DNA of 64,000 bases, from assembly GCA_020137815.1 (NCBI GenBank), contig CM035357.1, positions 1,178,001-1,242,000 on the forward strand, written 5' to 3'. Shown here in pieces: positions 1 to 14,185 of this stretch; position 1 is the first letter of the stretch; the number at the start of each line of letters is the position of its first letter. This DNA is from Hormiphora californensis. Its lineage: Eukaryota > Animalia > Ctenophora. The position numbers and the translations under genes are program-made. Under the pieces are notes generated by a model. It saw nothing but the letters and a program-made list of their open reading frames with translations. It did not search any database and had not been told where the DNA came from.

Positions 1-456
1 GGAGTTTTGCCAAGAAATATCCCCTTATCGGACAATTCCACGTGTCCCCCACGAGGACCATTGAGTGGGGGTGTAATTCAATTTTATGACTGAATGAATT
101 TTCCATGTGAATACCATTCTGTGCAGCTGCTGTAGCATCTCTCTATGACTCTCTCGTTTAGTTTCTATGATTCTCTGTTTCTTTAAATCACCTTTCCCTC
201 TTCCCAATTCCCTCTCCACACGATCCCCATCTCCTTCCAGATCGAGTGTATAAAGGAGGCTGAGAAAGGGGAAGCACCCTTCCCACACCCTCTCCTCACA
301 ACCTGTCTCCTCCTTGTCCCCCCCCCCTCACGACCCCCTCTCCTCCCAGATCGAGTGTATAAAGGAGGCTGAGAAGGGGGAAGCACCTGAGCTCCGAGTT
401 ACCTTTAACCAGGATGGGGAGGAGAAAACAGAAACCTACAACACGGTACTTTGAAG

Positions 457-565
457 CAGGAACCGACCGAATCAGGAAATACTGGTCCCTGATTGGCTGA
501 TAACCAGTCACTTGACCTAAATAACGAGTTCTGATTGGTTGTTTACTTGTTTCGGTCGGTTCCTG
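457..565. mobile_element. hAT-type MITE (109 bp); further copies at ~51207-51314 and 53600-53708
   Basis: CAGGAACCGACCGAA terminal inverted repeats; 8-bp TSD CTTTGAAG (449-456/566-573); the copy at 53600-53708 has TSD ATTTCTTA. Confidence 0.85.
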
Positions 566-854
566 CTTTGAAGCTGTCAAGTATTGATCTACCTCACACA
601 GAGCCACACAAGTCAAATACAGCAGCAGATGCTAAAGGCCTGCTCTGTTATTTGACACCCTCCCCTTAGTAGAGATTTGTCTGTAATCTGTCTGTCTGTA
701 CTGTGTCTGTCTGAGTGTACTCAGCTTTAGAGTAACGGTGTGAAATAATGAAACTTCGTCCGTATGTTGCCGAATTGACAGGGTATGTGTGATATATTAG
801 CAAATCTAGCTGTCAACATAAGAAATTGATTAAACTTCTCCCCCCCCACTCTAG

Positions 855-2580
<1,726 letters not shown>

Positions 2581-2609
2581 AGTGCGCTATGACGTCATAG
2601 CAGCCTTTA

Positions 2610-2709
2610 GGAGTGAAACATCTCCCCTCAAATCAAGATGACGTGTTGCGGCCAATCTTCCTCGGAAGAGCCTCAGGACTGATGATATTTGTGTGTGGAG
2701 ATTCACTCC
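2610..2709 (+). promoter_or_regulatory. SECIS element, type II, in TXNRD 3' UTR
   Basis: AUGAC (2638-2642)/UGAU (2680-2683) quartet; helix II GUGUUGCGGC/GCCUCAGGAC; unpaired AA at 2654-2655; apical mini-helix UCUUC/GAAGA; helix I GGAGUGAA/UUCACUCC, AUCUCC/GGAGAU, CAAAU/AUUUG; core 64 nt downstream of the UGA. Confidence 0.9.
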
Positions 2710-3203
2710 GATCCAGCGATCCTCGACAGTGTGCGTGTGGTTTTTAGTGTTTGTTGCTATGGTAACCACCTTGGTAACCACCTTGGTAACCACCTGGGCT
2801 TCAACACTGAAACCTTTTACACTGAGGGTTGTTTTTTTTCTACTGTTGAACATATAGTTTATTGTGTATGTCTGTTCTAGTACGTGCCTTTTGTTGCACC
2901 GTTCCTCTGTTCTCAAGAGATGGCGATATATGACAGCAATATTTTAGTTTTTTTGCACCATGTGTGTTACCATGGTTACCACTTGTTACCATGGTAACGT
3001 CTGTATGAGTGTTGTGTGTGGTAGAGCAGCCAAAACTGTCTGCTGTTTTTTAACGAGATATGTGTTCGGTTTTTCCTATAGATGATATACCCATGTGATA
3101 CACGCCGTGATTTGTTTGCGTGTGATTACAGTTTCTAGTAGTGTACTGTGTGTGTAGCGTGAGTTACTGTTTGTAGAGATCAAATTTCTTAAGGAATTTC
3201 TCG

Positions 3204-3209
3204 AATAAA
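3204..3209 (+). terminator. Candidate poly(A) signal of TXNRD (copied again at ~4886 by the tandem duplication)
   Basis: First AATAAA after the stop codon, followed by T-rich sequence. Confidence 0.5.
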
Positions 3210-3765
3210 ATATGTTACTTTTTAATTGGATCTAACAACTACTAATATATCACGTGCCTATCCATGATTCACCACTTACCAGACCCACACCAGGCCATTG
3301 CATTACCTCCATTTATTGATCCATTACCCTCTAACTTCCACCCCATCATTGCCCATGTAGCCCCACTATGTCCACGCTGCTCCTAAGGATCTGTATAGGG
3401 TGCTACACCAGAAACTGCCTTCCCAAGAGATGGACGACAATCTATATGACATCTGTAATCCGCTGATGATGCATGGTAAAGATCACATACACACTTCACA
3501 TACACACACAGGTTATACACCTCGTCACAAGGTACTGTTAAAATTATCCAGTTCAAATTACATTTTATTGTTATCATTATCAAGATCAAGGACCAAGAAT
3601 CAATTTAAATATTGCCGAGGTTTTATCACAGTAACTAGGTCCAAGATGCAGGTCGAGAACAACAATTTTAAAAATGAATTATTATGATGATGTTCGAGTT
3701 GGATGAATAAATTTCAGGCCGAGCTCGTCGCTCGACCTTGTAGTTTCACATTTCTCTTGAAGTTG

Positions 3766-3830
3766 TTTTCCATCCGGGCACTGTTTTCATGTTCACGGAG
3801 TCTGTGTAATAGGGGGCATCCCGTCTCTCC
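3766..3830 (-). pseudogene. Penelope-like GIY-YIG endonuclease scrap
   Basis: Minus strand reads GETGCPLLHRLREHENSARME, matching the G-x-T-x-R/x-L-x-x-R-x-x-EH motif. Confidence 0.6.
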
Positions 3831-3955
3831 AGGAAATAAATTTCAGTTTACTGTTATACTGATAGTGTTACAGGGAATTGGTCCTCAGGGAGAAATCTAT
3901 GGAGAAATGGAATTTCTCTGGAGTAGGTTACAAATCAAAACACGAGTGTTTTCAA

Positions 3956-4745
3956 GGGGGGGTGCCGGCCAATAATTAATGAGGATGAGGTCTTGTCCAG
4001 CGTTTTTCGAATTAATGAGGGCCCTCAAAAATCCTCAAAAATCCTCAAAAATCCTCAATAATCCTCAACAATTATTTTATAGTTTTTACAAAAATTTTGA
4101 CGATTACCCATATTATTGGGCATACACATTCCTTAATAGGAGTAAAACAGTTAGAAAATTTTCCCAGATACCCTGGTGATGGCCCTAAAAACATCCTCAA
4201 AAGTCCTCAAAATGAGGCGAAATCGTCAATGTAAATATGGGGTAAATTTGTGCTGCCTCCACTCTGGGACACTTTTTTTTAAATTTTGAAAAATTTATAA
4301 ATGATTTATAAATGATTTCTAAAAATTTTCTAGACATTTATCTTACTAGGCAACAAAATCGTTGATTTTTGGGACAAAGTTGGCCGCATATTTGACTGAA
4401 AATCGTATTCATCTAAAATTTTGAAAATTTGGGCACCGGGGTCTTGTCAAGCATGTGAAGTTAATAACTTTGCTAAAAGAAAGCAGTGCTTCAAGTGTGG
4501 GAAGCCAAAGAGCACAGGCAAGAGCACTTGAATTGATAATCAGTGCATTTTATATGTACCTCTAAAATATAATCTATTATTGTTTTTTATCAGGCATTTG
4601 CTGTGTTTATGTTTAAATAGAACGAATAATTTTTGAGGATTTTTGAGGATTTTTGAGGATTTTTGAGGGCTTGTCCAGCAAATAATAAATGAGGATTTTT
4701 GAGGTGACCTCAAAAATCCTCATAAATTCCGGCCGGAACCCCCCC
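3956..4745. mobile_element. Non-autonomous TIR element with 8-bp TSD and AAAATCCTC subterminal repeats
   Basis: TIR GGGGGGGT(G/T)CCGGCC; TSD GTTTTCAA (3948-3955/4746-4753); empty site in the duplicate copy at ~5597-5604. Confidence 0.92.
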
Positions 4746-6733
4746 GTTTTCAATAAATACAATTGTTTCACTAGGGAACTATCATCCTTTGAAACTGATG
4801 ATCTAGTTGGTTAGTTTCTAGTAGTGTACTGTGTGTGTAGCGTGAGTTACCGTTTGTAGAGATCAAATTTCTTAAGGAATTTCTCGAATAAAATATGTTA
4901 CTTTTTAATTGGATCTAATAACTATATATCTCACGTGACTATATCCATGATTCACCACTTACCAGGCCCACACCAGGCCATTGCATTACCTCCATTTATT
5001 GATCCATTACCCTCTAACTTCCACCCCATCATTGCCCATGTAGCCCCACTATGTCCACGCTGCTCCTAAGGATCTGTATAGGGTGCTACACCAGAAACTG
5101 CCTTCCCAAGAGATGGACGACAATCTATATGACATCTGTAATCCGCTGATGATGCATGGTAAAGATCACAATACACACTTCACCCACACAGGTTATACAC
5201 CTCGTCACAAGGTACTGTTAAAACTATATCCAGTTCACATTACATTTTATTGTTATCATTATCAAGATCAAGGACCAAGAATCAATTTAAATATTGCCGA
5301 GGTTTTATCACAGTAACTAGGTCCAAGATGCAGGTCGAGACATGAATTATTATGATAATATTCGAGTTTGATGAATAAATTTCAGGCCGAGCTCGTCGCT
5401 CGACCTTGTAGTTTCACATTTCTCTTGAAGTTGTTTTCCATCCGTGCACTGTTTTCATGGTCACGGGGCATCCCGTCTCTCCAGGAAATAAATTTCAGTT
5501 TACTGTGCTGATTGTGTTACAGGGAATTGATCCTCAGGGAGAAATCTATGGAGAAATGGAATTTCTCCGGAGTAGGTTACAAATCAAAACAAGAGTGTTT
5601 TCAATGAATACAATTGTTTCACTAGGGAACTATCATCCTTTGAAACTGATGATCTAGTTGGTTAGCTCAGCTACCCAATATATGTTCCAGGTTCCTCCGC
5701 CCCCTTTACTTCCTTCCCCCTGAGGAGTTGTACTTCCCCATGAAATACTCCAAGTATTCTGATCATAGATTTAGTCGTTTTAACAAATACGGCTCTTCCT
5801 CCACTTCATTTTCAAGTCACTGTCATCGATTATTGCCGATAAATTCCGCCGTTTAATTCTACCGTCATTTATGTCAGAATCACTGTCACTTTTGTCAGTG
5901 TCACTTGTGTCAGTGTCACATTGCATGTGTCAGTGTCACTTGTGTCAGTGTCAGCTAGGTGTGTCTGTGAGACAGTTATATATATAACCTTATGTACCTT
6001 CTTGCCTAGCTCGTACCTTCAAAGACGAAAACGTCTGGGCTAGACCTCGGTCCAACCCATGATCCTTATTAGCTCGTCATATGAATGTTAAGATATAATA
6101 CATTCCAATTTTTACAGCGCTTCCTTACCTTCGGCGGTCTTCAGGGGATCCTTCTTAGACATGTCTTAATATGTAGCATATTTGTAGCAATGTATAGGGG
6201 AGGGGAAGGAGGGGAGGCACCATTACGGGGGCTGTTGCCACTGTAGAACATGTTTGCAGTGCCCGTTAAGCTACAGAAATATTATGAGTAGTGCCCGGTG
6301 CCCGGATATTGCAAATACCCAAGAGATCAATGCCCTTAATTTGGCAGCAAATTATCTCCGTCCATTCCATGAGCCTTATTAGCTCGTCGTCAGGAATGAG
6401 TTTCATTTCTAAAAATAATGGTGGAAATGTGGTAGGTGGCCGGTGGGTGAGAGTGGTGGATGAAATTAACTGTGAAAAGTACCTTCAAAGACGAAAAGGT
6501 CTGGTATGGTATATGTTCTACTGGCTAGACCCAACCTTTACCGGCTTCAGGTTCACCAGGAGTGGTTGCATCGGCCAGCCAGTCATGAATGGCTGAGACT
6601 TTTTCCTTCTTTCTATAATGTATGCTTCCTCAATCCTCACTATTTTCCTTACTATCAGTACCACTTTCGTAGGAGCTAGCACAAAATGCAGAACTACACG
6701 GATTTGGTCGCTTGGAAAAACACTAAAAATATA

Positions 6734-6905
6734 CAGTCGGACCCCGATTTACCGGGCCCCGATTTACCGGAACCCCGATTTACCGGGAGGATAAACTTCC
6801 CCCGATATAGGAAATTAGCGGTATTTGACCCCGATATACCGGGTACCCCAATTTACCGGGCAAAACCCTTTCCCCCGAGCATCCCGGTAAATCGGGGTCC
6901 GACTG
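6734..6905. mobile_element. Tc1/mariner-type MITE
   Basis: TIR CAGTCGGACCCCGATTTACCGGG, TA TSD; empty site in paralogous sequence at ~34955. Confidence 0.9.
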
Positions 6906-6979
6906 TATACACAATGGTATTTACAATGGCAATTTACAATTTTATATTATTAAAAGCATAGGTAAAATCCTCACCATTA

Positions 6980-7212
6980 AAGTCGGATTTTTTAATCAAG
7001 GGACAGGGGGGGTCTTTTTGACCTTTTTTCAAACGCGCATATCTCCGGTTCCTGATGAGATAGAGACTTGGAATTTGGAGGTTAGGAAGATCATGCCAAG
7101 TTCTTCATAACCTTCACATTTCAAGTCTTTATCTTATCAGGAACCGGAGATATGCACGTTTGAAATAACGTCAGAAGGACCCCCCCTGTCCCTTGAGTAA
7201 AAAATTCGACTT
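6980..7212. mobile_element. Palindromic MITE, TA target; related element at ~10028-10260
   Basis: AAGTCG...CGACTT termini with near-full-length inverted arms; empty site CATTATAATC at ~35027 and ~39038; shares TCCGGTTCCTGAT/ATCAGGAACCGGAGATATG with the 10.0-10.3 kb element. Confidence 0.85.
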
Positions 7213-7253
7213 TATAATCTTTCATTGTCCTGTTGTTTCTTGACCCACGTATA

Positions 7254-8124
7254 CTGTATACGGCAAAAAAAATCCCCCCCTAGACCACCATAGTTGCCGA
7301 TGTGGTGGAGAGCTGTAACTTGGCAGGGTTGCTCCACTATGTCTATCTTGATCCTGACAGAAAAATCAGAGCTCTAGCTCAAAATTCATTTTTTTGATAG
7401 GAATGAACATTGTCATTCATTCCAAGAAAAAATTTTTTCGGTCCAGAATTCAAGCAATTATCTTTGGCCATCGATTAGCTTTCCAATGTGACCAAGATCA
7501 TCTAAATTGGGCAACCACAAGAGACACAGTGTCATGTTTCTTAAAGTTAGTCAGGTCATGTGATCTTCACCGAATCGTTGATTATCCGGGATTGCTAATC
7601 GAGCCAATGGGCAGAGGAATCTCGTATCACGGCCGCTAATGAGGTATGTGTACCAATACAGGGTAATGTGATTCGAGGAAAGAGGACATTTATCAAAGAG
7701 CTACAGATCTCATGACCAATCAGCATCGTCATCCCTCATTAGTAGCCGTGATACGTGATTCTCTACCACTTAGACCGATTCGTAATACTGAACACTCAAC
7801 GATTCGGTGAAGATCACATGACCTGACTAACTTTAAGAAACATGACACTGTGTCTCTTGTGGTTGCCCAATTTAGATGATCTTGGTCACATTGGAAAGCT
7901 AATCGATGGCCAAAGATAATTGCTTGAATTCTGGACCGAAAATATTTTTTTCTTGGAATGAATGACAATGTTCATTCCTATCAAAAAAATGAATTTTGAG
8001 CTAGAGCTCTGATTTTTCTGTCAGGATCAAGATAGACATAGTGGAGCAACCCTGCCAAGTTACAGCTCTCCACCACATCGGCAACTATGGTGGTCTAGGG
8101 GGGGGATTTTTTTGCCGCACACGG
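7254..8124. mobile_element. Foldback TIR element with ~390-bp arms
   Basis: 7254-7643 is the reverse complement of ~7735-8124; flanked by TATA on both sides; empty site CCCACGTATACATAA at ~35061. Confidence 0.9.
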
Positions 8125-8180
8125 TATACTGTACATAAAGGCTCAATTTTAAAATGGTAAAGGAGAGTCTCACTCTTAAA

Positions 8181-8470
8181 CATATCGGAGAACTAACGAA
8201 AGCTGATTGTGTCCAGTTAAGTCAGTTGTTTCGTCTGCCAGAATAGAAAAGAAGGGAGCTTCCAAAACTTCAGATTTTATTTCTGCTAGGACAGCTTCTG
8301 CAGTTATCTTAATGAGCTCGTTCTGGATATCCCCAGAGACCTTAATCCTATCCTAGAGGGGACGCTCCACCTCCATCAGCCTGAGAGTATCTCTGAAGCA
8401 CCCCTGATTCACTGAATCATCCGTCTCTGTGTTTCCCCGAAATGCCAGCCCGTGTATTCCCAAATACTTC
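8181..8470 (-). pseudogene. hAT transposase fragment (ZMYM1/DUF4371-like)
   Basis: KYLGIHGLAFRGNTETDDSVNQGCFRDTL ... VSGDIQNELIKITAEAVLAEIKSEVLEAPFFSILADETTDLTGHNQLSLVLRY. Confidence 0.85.
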
Positions 8471-8514
8471 AGGATAAAATGTGTTCTTGCTGCTCATCTA
8501 CTTCTTCATAAAAC

Positions 8515-8615
8515 TTGCCAAGAATTTCCTTTTTGCTTTTGTGTGGGCATTTGTTCAGTATCTCTGACTTCTTGTTTAGGACGTTTCTTGTAGTCATGAT
8601 ACTGTTCTTTTCTAC
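8515..8615 (-). pseudogene. Penelope-like element, GIY-YIG C-terminal scrap
   Basis: VEKNSIMTTRNVLNKKSEILNKCPHKSKRKFL matches the EK..I....LNKRSE...KCRH..K.L terminus. Confidence 0.7.
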
Positions 8616-9544
8616 CAGACGGATCTGTAACCAATTGAAGTCAAAAGAAAGTGGTAGAAATGAGTCTTGCGGACAGTGCTCAATCCAGCGCGGCGATTGG
8701 AGAGCTTGTTACGAAAGAATGATCAATGATGATAATATTGTTTACTAAAACTAAACATTTGCACCATAAAAGTATTCTTATTCCTCGTTAATTGAAGGGC
8801 GATAGTCCATCACCCCGATTACTTCCAGGAAGTTTTCTAGTCTTCTCAAATTAATGGTTGTGATAGTTTTGGGAATGACATTGATCAATAAGATGGGTCA
8901 CGGTACAACACAAAACGGTGAGAGAATCAAGAGAGGGGAAATCGGAAAACGTGATGAAAACGATCCAAAAGCTTCGTGAAAAAGTCAGTGACAACACTGG
9001 GCCAAAAGATGTTACATGCCTAAAATGTTAAGACACACAAAGATGATTAAGAATTAAGATTAAAGATAAGCAAAAACTAAAATTAAAAGAGTGCTAAAAA
9101 TGAATGGGTCACTATAACAAACAATTTAAAATTCACATGGTCATTGGTCAAGTACTATTTTACATACCTACTAAGTATGTGTACTAATGAAAGATGTAAA
9201 ATGGTAAAATACAAAATAAAATTACCAAAAAGATAAAATAGGTAAATACAGTGGGACCCCGATTTAGTGGGGTCTTTTGTTTTTTGAGAAAGCATTTCAA
9301 GTTTCCCCCCTGTTCGAGATGAAATTTATACATCTTTGCAGACTCTTGTTGCTCAAAGATAGCCGACTGTGGGGTGCTTCGTGTGAGTAAATCAGCACTA
9401 TCAACTAGTCGGTTTGTGGTTACTAATTTTCCTCTCATCCTATCGAGTTCTTCGACGGATGTTTTGATAGCCTCTGCTTTTGCTCCTGTCTTTATTCTCG
9501 AGATTGCTAACCGCTGTGTTCTGGAAGTTCTGGGGTCTCCATTC

Positions 9545-9605
9545 TGGCTGCTGACATTGCTAGACAATCGGCCCGCTCATTGCCATCGATCCCCGTGTGA
9601 GCCGC
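9545..9605 (-). pseudogene. Retroelement RNase H C-terminal scrap
   Basis: AHTGIDGNERADCLAMSAA, the H-x-G-x-x-GNE-x-AD-x-LA motif. Confidence 0.75.
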
Positions 9606-10357
9606 ACTCTCGTTTCCCCAACTCTATATATTAAATCACTCTGGAAATCGACAGATAAAATGTGATGAAAATGATGCATAAGATGCAAAATGGTAAAATA
9701 CAAAATCAAAAATAGGTAAAAACTAAAAATAGTCCGAAAAAGTAAATTGATATGAAAGGGATTAAAAACTGCAAACGAGTTAAACTTCTCTTCACCCTGA
9801 TCTCTCCCTCTCTCCCTCTCTTACCTTACGTAAATTAGTGCCTAGAGCTAGGCATCGTCAATCGTCATCCTATACATTTGGCCCTTCCTGTAAGCCGTTA
9901 GTCTGCTATGTATGACTGGGGTAGGATAGATCTTCAGGGGCTCAGGGGTGGCTAGAACTGAAAAGAATTGATATTAGGGAAAAGTCGCATCACCACCATA
10001 GTTACGGGATATAACCTGCAGACAGTAAAGTCCAATTTTTTATTTAAGCGACAGGCCGCCGCGCATCAAAATGCAGCGCTTGAAATCGATTTCCGGTTCC
10101 TGATAAGCTAGCGAATTTTTCTTGGTGCCATTGGAAAGATAAAATTTTTATCTTTCCAACGCAACCAGGATCAAGTCTTTATCTCATCAGGAACCGGAGA
10201 TATGATCAATTAACCAATTGTGTGCGCGGCGGCCTGTCGCTTAAATAAAAAATTCGACTATACCCTGCTGCTGCAGTGAGCCCTCTGTTAACCAGTATAT
10301 AATGAGGCCTGCAGCATGTGCAAGCTAGTCATCACTGCCACCTCGTTGTAATTTACT

Positions 10358-10984
10358 ATGCCCGTTGACCGTGGAGCTCGTATCCAGGCCTTGAAACAGA
10401 GATACAAAGAGAGACAGCTGCAGAGAGCGGAACGATGGTCCAACTGGAAGGCGGGGGTTGTCGAGGAAATGATGACCCTACAGATCCACACAAAGGAGAA
10501 ACTATTGACAAGGTTTACAGACACTAAGATGATGATTGAACTTGTTACTGATAGGATATCTGAGACAACCTTAGAGCTGAAGGCCTCTGTGAATTCTGCC
10601 TGCTCTAAAGCATCGGACATGGTCGATAATGTAGTTGAAGGGTTTTCTTCAGATGTTCAGAAGGCATCGGATTCCTTGGAGGAGATTGGTGAATCAATAC
10701 ACGCACACGGGGCCGTATCAGCAGAACTGACACAAAACCAAGTAGCGGACCTATCCGATGACATTCATGAAAATCTGAATTCTCTTCGTAGAAACTTTAA
10801 AGACTTTTCCCTTCATGAATCGTTTTGTGATGCGATTGAACCGAGTGAGGGTAATAGTGATTCAGAAGAAATTACAGGGACGTTATTTACTGTTGTTGAT
10901 GATGTTGAGTCTGAGGTTTTGGAAGATGACAATACGGTTTCCTCCGATTTAGTTTCATTTGATTTGAAGTCTTCGACTTTATGA
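10358..10984 (+). CDS. Intronless 208-aa ORF of unknown function (helical/coiled-coil, acidic C-terminus)
   Basis: ATG-to-TGA ORF with natural amino-acid composition; TATA-like TATATAA ~60 bp upstream; no recognised motif. Confidence 0.5.
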   Translation: MPVDRGARIQALKQRYKERQLQRAERWSNWKAGVVEEMMTLQIHTKEKLLTRFTDTKMMIELVTDRISETTLELKASVNSACSKASDMVDNVVEGFSSDVQKASDSLEEIGESIHAHGAVSAELTQNQVADLSDDIHENLNSLRRNFKDFSLHESFCDAIEPSEGNSDSEEITGTLFTVVDDVESEVLEDDNTVSSDLVSFDLKSSTL

Positions 10985-11444
10985 TTCAACAACTAACAAG
11001 TGTGTACTCCAATTTTCGGATTTGGTTTTGGGAAAACAGTAAAATCATCAACCCTTTTGGTTTTGTCACTCTCCAGTTTTACCGACAGATTTTACCACAA
11101 AACATCGACAACTTTCCTACTTATTTCATAGCCATTAGACCACCAGACCACTAAAATACTATAGTCTCGAGTAGATTTCTCAGAAGATAAATCCTGCCCA
11201 CTTCCTATCTACCGCCTTCAGAGGGAGATCTCTCACTCTCTCTAATTCCCTCATTTTTCAGCCAGGCCGGATATAATGTGAGTCTCAGAGCTGCGGTCCT
11301 GATTACAGCATTTGAGAATTGTGTAAATTACTTCGTTCCGCTTCTCTCTCCTATCTCTCCCCGCCCTCTTTCACGTTGTAGCTCTCTTTCTCTAACTCTA
11401 CCCTCTCTCTATATCCGTAATGTGTCGTAGATTCGAATTGTTTC

Positions 11445-11446
<2 letters not shown>

Positions 11447-11520
<74 letters not shown>

Positions 11521-11777
11521 TTCTCGCTCTGAACCGCACAGATTTTAGACGTCAGCTTGGGCTCCTTTATGCCTAAACTCTCTCTGAACTTAATTTTACA
11601 AGTACCTGGGAATACGGTTAGCTTTCCTTTATAAACGCTGTATTATTTCCCTGATCTGTGCTGGGCACTGGCTATTTTTAGCCCGGGCTAAGTTAGTTCT
11701 AATGTGGACATTGTTTCGAGGTGAGAGTGAGAGCAGGGAGGAGAGAGAGGGAGAGAGCGAGATAAAGAGAGAGCGAG

Positions 11778-11811
<34 letters not shown>

Positions 11812-11941
11812 GATAAAGAGAGAGAGAGAGAGATAAAGAGAGAGAGAGTGAGATAAAGAGGGAGAGAGCGAGATAAAGAGAGAGAGCGAGATAAAGAGAG
11901 AGAGAGAGAGAGAGAGAGAGTGAGAGCGAGATAAAGAGAGA
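11447..11941. repeat. (CT)n and degenerate (GA)n microsatellites; others at ~13140-13277, 16965-17040, 41810-41880, 42259-42352, 42687-42780, 59497-59560
   Basis: Directly visible dinucleotide runs. Confidence 0.95.
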
Positions 11942-12214
11942 GCAGACCTTTTCTATTGCCACAACAGACAATACCATCTTGTGTCTGTTGATCTCAGCAG
12001 CTTGTATTATACGTGTCCAGTCAACCCTCTCCAGCCCTTTCCATCAATTGTATTGTCGGAAAAATAAATTCTTGGTGTTGTTATTATGCATGTTGTTTAT
12101 CGGACTTGGAGAGCTAGAGAGTTATTTCCCTGCTAAGCATTAGTTGATCGATTGTCAGCTCTGTTGAAAATCCGTGCTCTTTTAGATTTTATCCTTACTC
12201 CTTCATAAACACGG

Positions 12215-12655
12215 ATTTCGGCCTTGTCCGTTTGAGGAGCCGGCACCTACCCAGGAGTTCGTTCCGTGTGTTTAGACATCCTCCTTTTGTTATCCATTTC
12301 AGAATATCCTCCTTCTCCGATAGGCACAGGTCGAACCTTCCACTGCCTCCGCTGTTGCCGGCTTGACTATCTTCCATGAAACCTAGAAGTCCTCCAGCTC
12401 CGTGGTGTCTTTGGACTTTGATGGAAGTAATATGTTAACAGATGCACGACAGTTTTCAGTGAATTCGGGACTTGTCATCTGTTGAAATAGTGTATTTAAA
12501 GAAAGTGACTTGCCACACACGGTCCTCATTGGCCAATTATTTTGGCATTATGTCGTATTTTATTTGTCTGTCTTTCAAACTCCAAATGAGTAGTTCTGAA
12601 TAGTTCTGTAGCTGTTCTGTTTTTGTCATGTCTTATTGTCGCCATATTGTGTCCA
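12215..12655 (-). pseudogene. Penelope-like GIY-YIG C-terminal fragment, interrupted by a ~170-bp insert (12378-12548)
   Basis: ...IWSLKDRQIKYDI / WKIV ... DLCLSEKEDILKWITKGGCLNTRNELLGRCR. Confidence 0.75.
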
Positions 12656-13156
12656 TTGTAGCGTGTTTTGAAAGTAAAGCGTCCTCTTTTTTCTCTGCGT
12701 TTTCAAAGTTCTTTTTCTTCACCTCATCTTATCACTTGGGAAGGTGGACCGTGTCACAATACATATATGTTATTGTGGCACTGACCATCTACAAAAAGTC
12801 GGCCATACCATGCAAGCCAATTCAGCCAGTACTTACCGCAGCAATCTGCGTTCAGCACCAACCATGCACCCACGTCACCTACCCGGCTTATTCTTCTTTA
12901 TGGCCACTCTCTCCCCTGGAGAGAGGATTACTTACTCCAACTGCGTTGCTTCTACTAGTGGTCATAGGGGGATTTAGGCCGGTATTGGTTCTTGTTGAGG
13001 GAAGGTTTGAGGTGTGGGTCGGCTGAGTTGTAGTATAGCTACTCGCAGTGGAGTCGCCTCATGGCACAGTTATCCTCTCTCCCTGACTCCTTCTTACTCT
13101 TTGCACTTTCCATCTCAATCTTTCCCACCCTATCTCTCGCTCTCACTCTCTCTCTC

Positions 13157-13280
<124 letters not shown>

Positions 13281-14134
13281 ATTGACAGTCCGTCAATGGG
13301 AGCCAGCCGGGATTTTGTCCTTTAAATATGCATTTCATGTGTATTTATAAACTCTATCTTTCTTATCTTCCTCCTATCGCTCTATCTCTCTCTCTGTCTA
13401 TCTCTCTATATCTCTCTCTCTCAGCTCTCTCTAACTCAATATCTTTACCCTTGAGCTTAACCATTTTTCACGAACACTATCAAATCGCACGATCAGCACA
13501 CGGCTATCACTCCCGTCTCATACACGAACAGATACATGCTTGGTCACGAACATTTGACCCTGCTTCCACACCCTGCTTTCAACTAGTCTCTAAGGTGTCG
13601 TCATATGCTATGTCAAGAAGTCTAGTTGACTACATACTGCAAGCTTTACTGTCAGTGATTGGGCAACAGAATTGCATAGAGCACCAGAGATTGGGTGTTC
13701 GCAGTATACGGTTAATACCGGTTTCAACTGGATGGCTGCAGAGATGATATCCGTCAAACTCCACCTCACATGTATGTTGTATAGACGCTGTCAGACTTAG
13801 CCCGCCTGACCTGCCTTCGTGATTGAAGCAAATAGGGTCAGGCAATTGCCTGACAGGGTTCACATGATGAGGTGGGGGGTGACAGATATAGGAACGATGA
13901 AGACATGAAAAAAAAAAAAAAAAAAAAGTAAAGCGTCAGCTCGTTATCTTTGAAAATTTTTTCTCTTAAACTCACTTACCTCACCACATCGAACCCACCC
14001 ATAAACAATAATAAAGATAATAAACAATAATAAAGATAAACAATAATAAAGATAATAAAGATCAAGCATGACCCCCTACCTACATCAAGTACTTAAGTAA
14101 ATATCTGTACATTTATACAAACACGAGTGTTTAA

Positions 14135-14185
14135 ACAGAAAACAATTGTTTCACTACCAGCGGTAGATCATCAGTAAATATCTGT
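14135..14185 (-). ncRNA. Minimal type I hammerhead ribozyme, stem I degenerate
   Basis: CUGAUGA-U-CUAC-cgcug-GUAG-U-GAAAC-AAUU-GUU. Confidence 0.6.

Larger units (their letters stand above)
3130..5665. repeat. Tandem duplication of a ~0.87 kb unit (3130-4812 including a MITE; 4813-5665)
   Basis: Near-identical sequence from AGTTTCTAGTAGTGTACT to GATCTAGTTGGTTAG in both copies. Confidence 0.9.

Noticed and set aside
6010-6505. Possible plus-strand hammerhead halves (GACGAAAACGTC at ~6024, GACGAAAAGGTC at ~6490)
   Set aside because: No intact CUGANGA at the right spacing and no stem II; noted because a real one would be an exception to the strand bias
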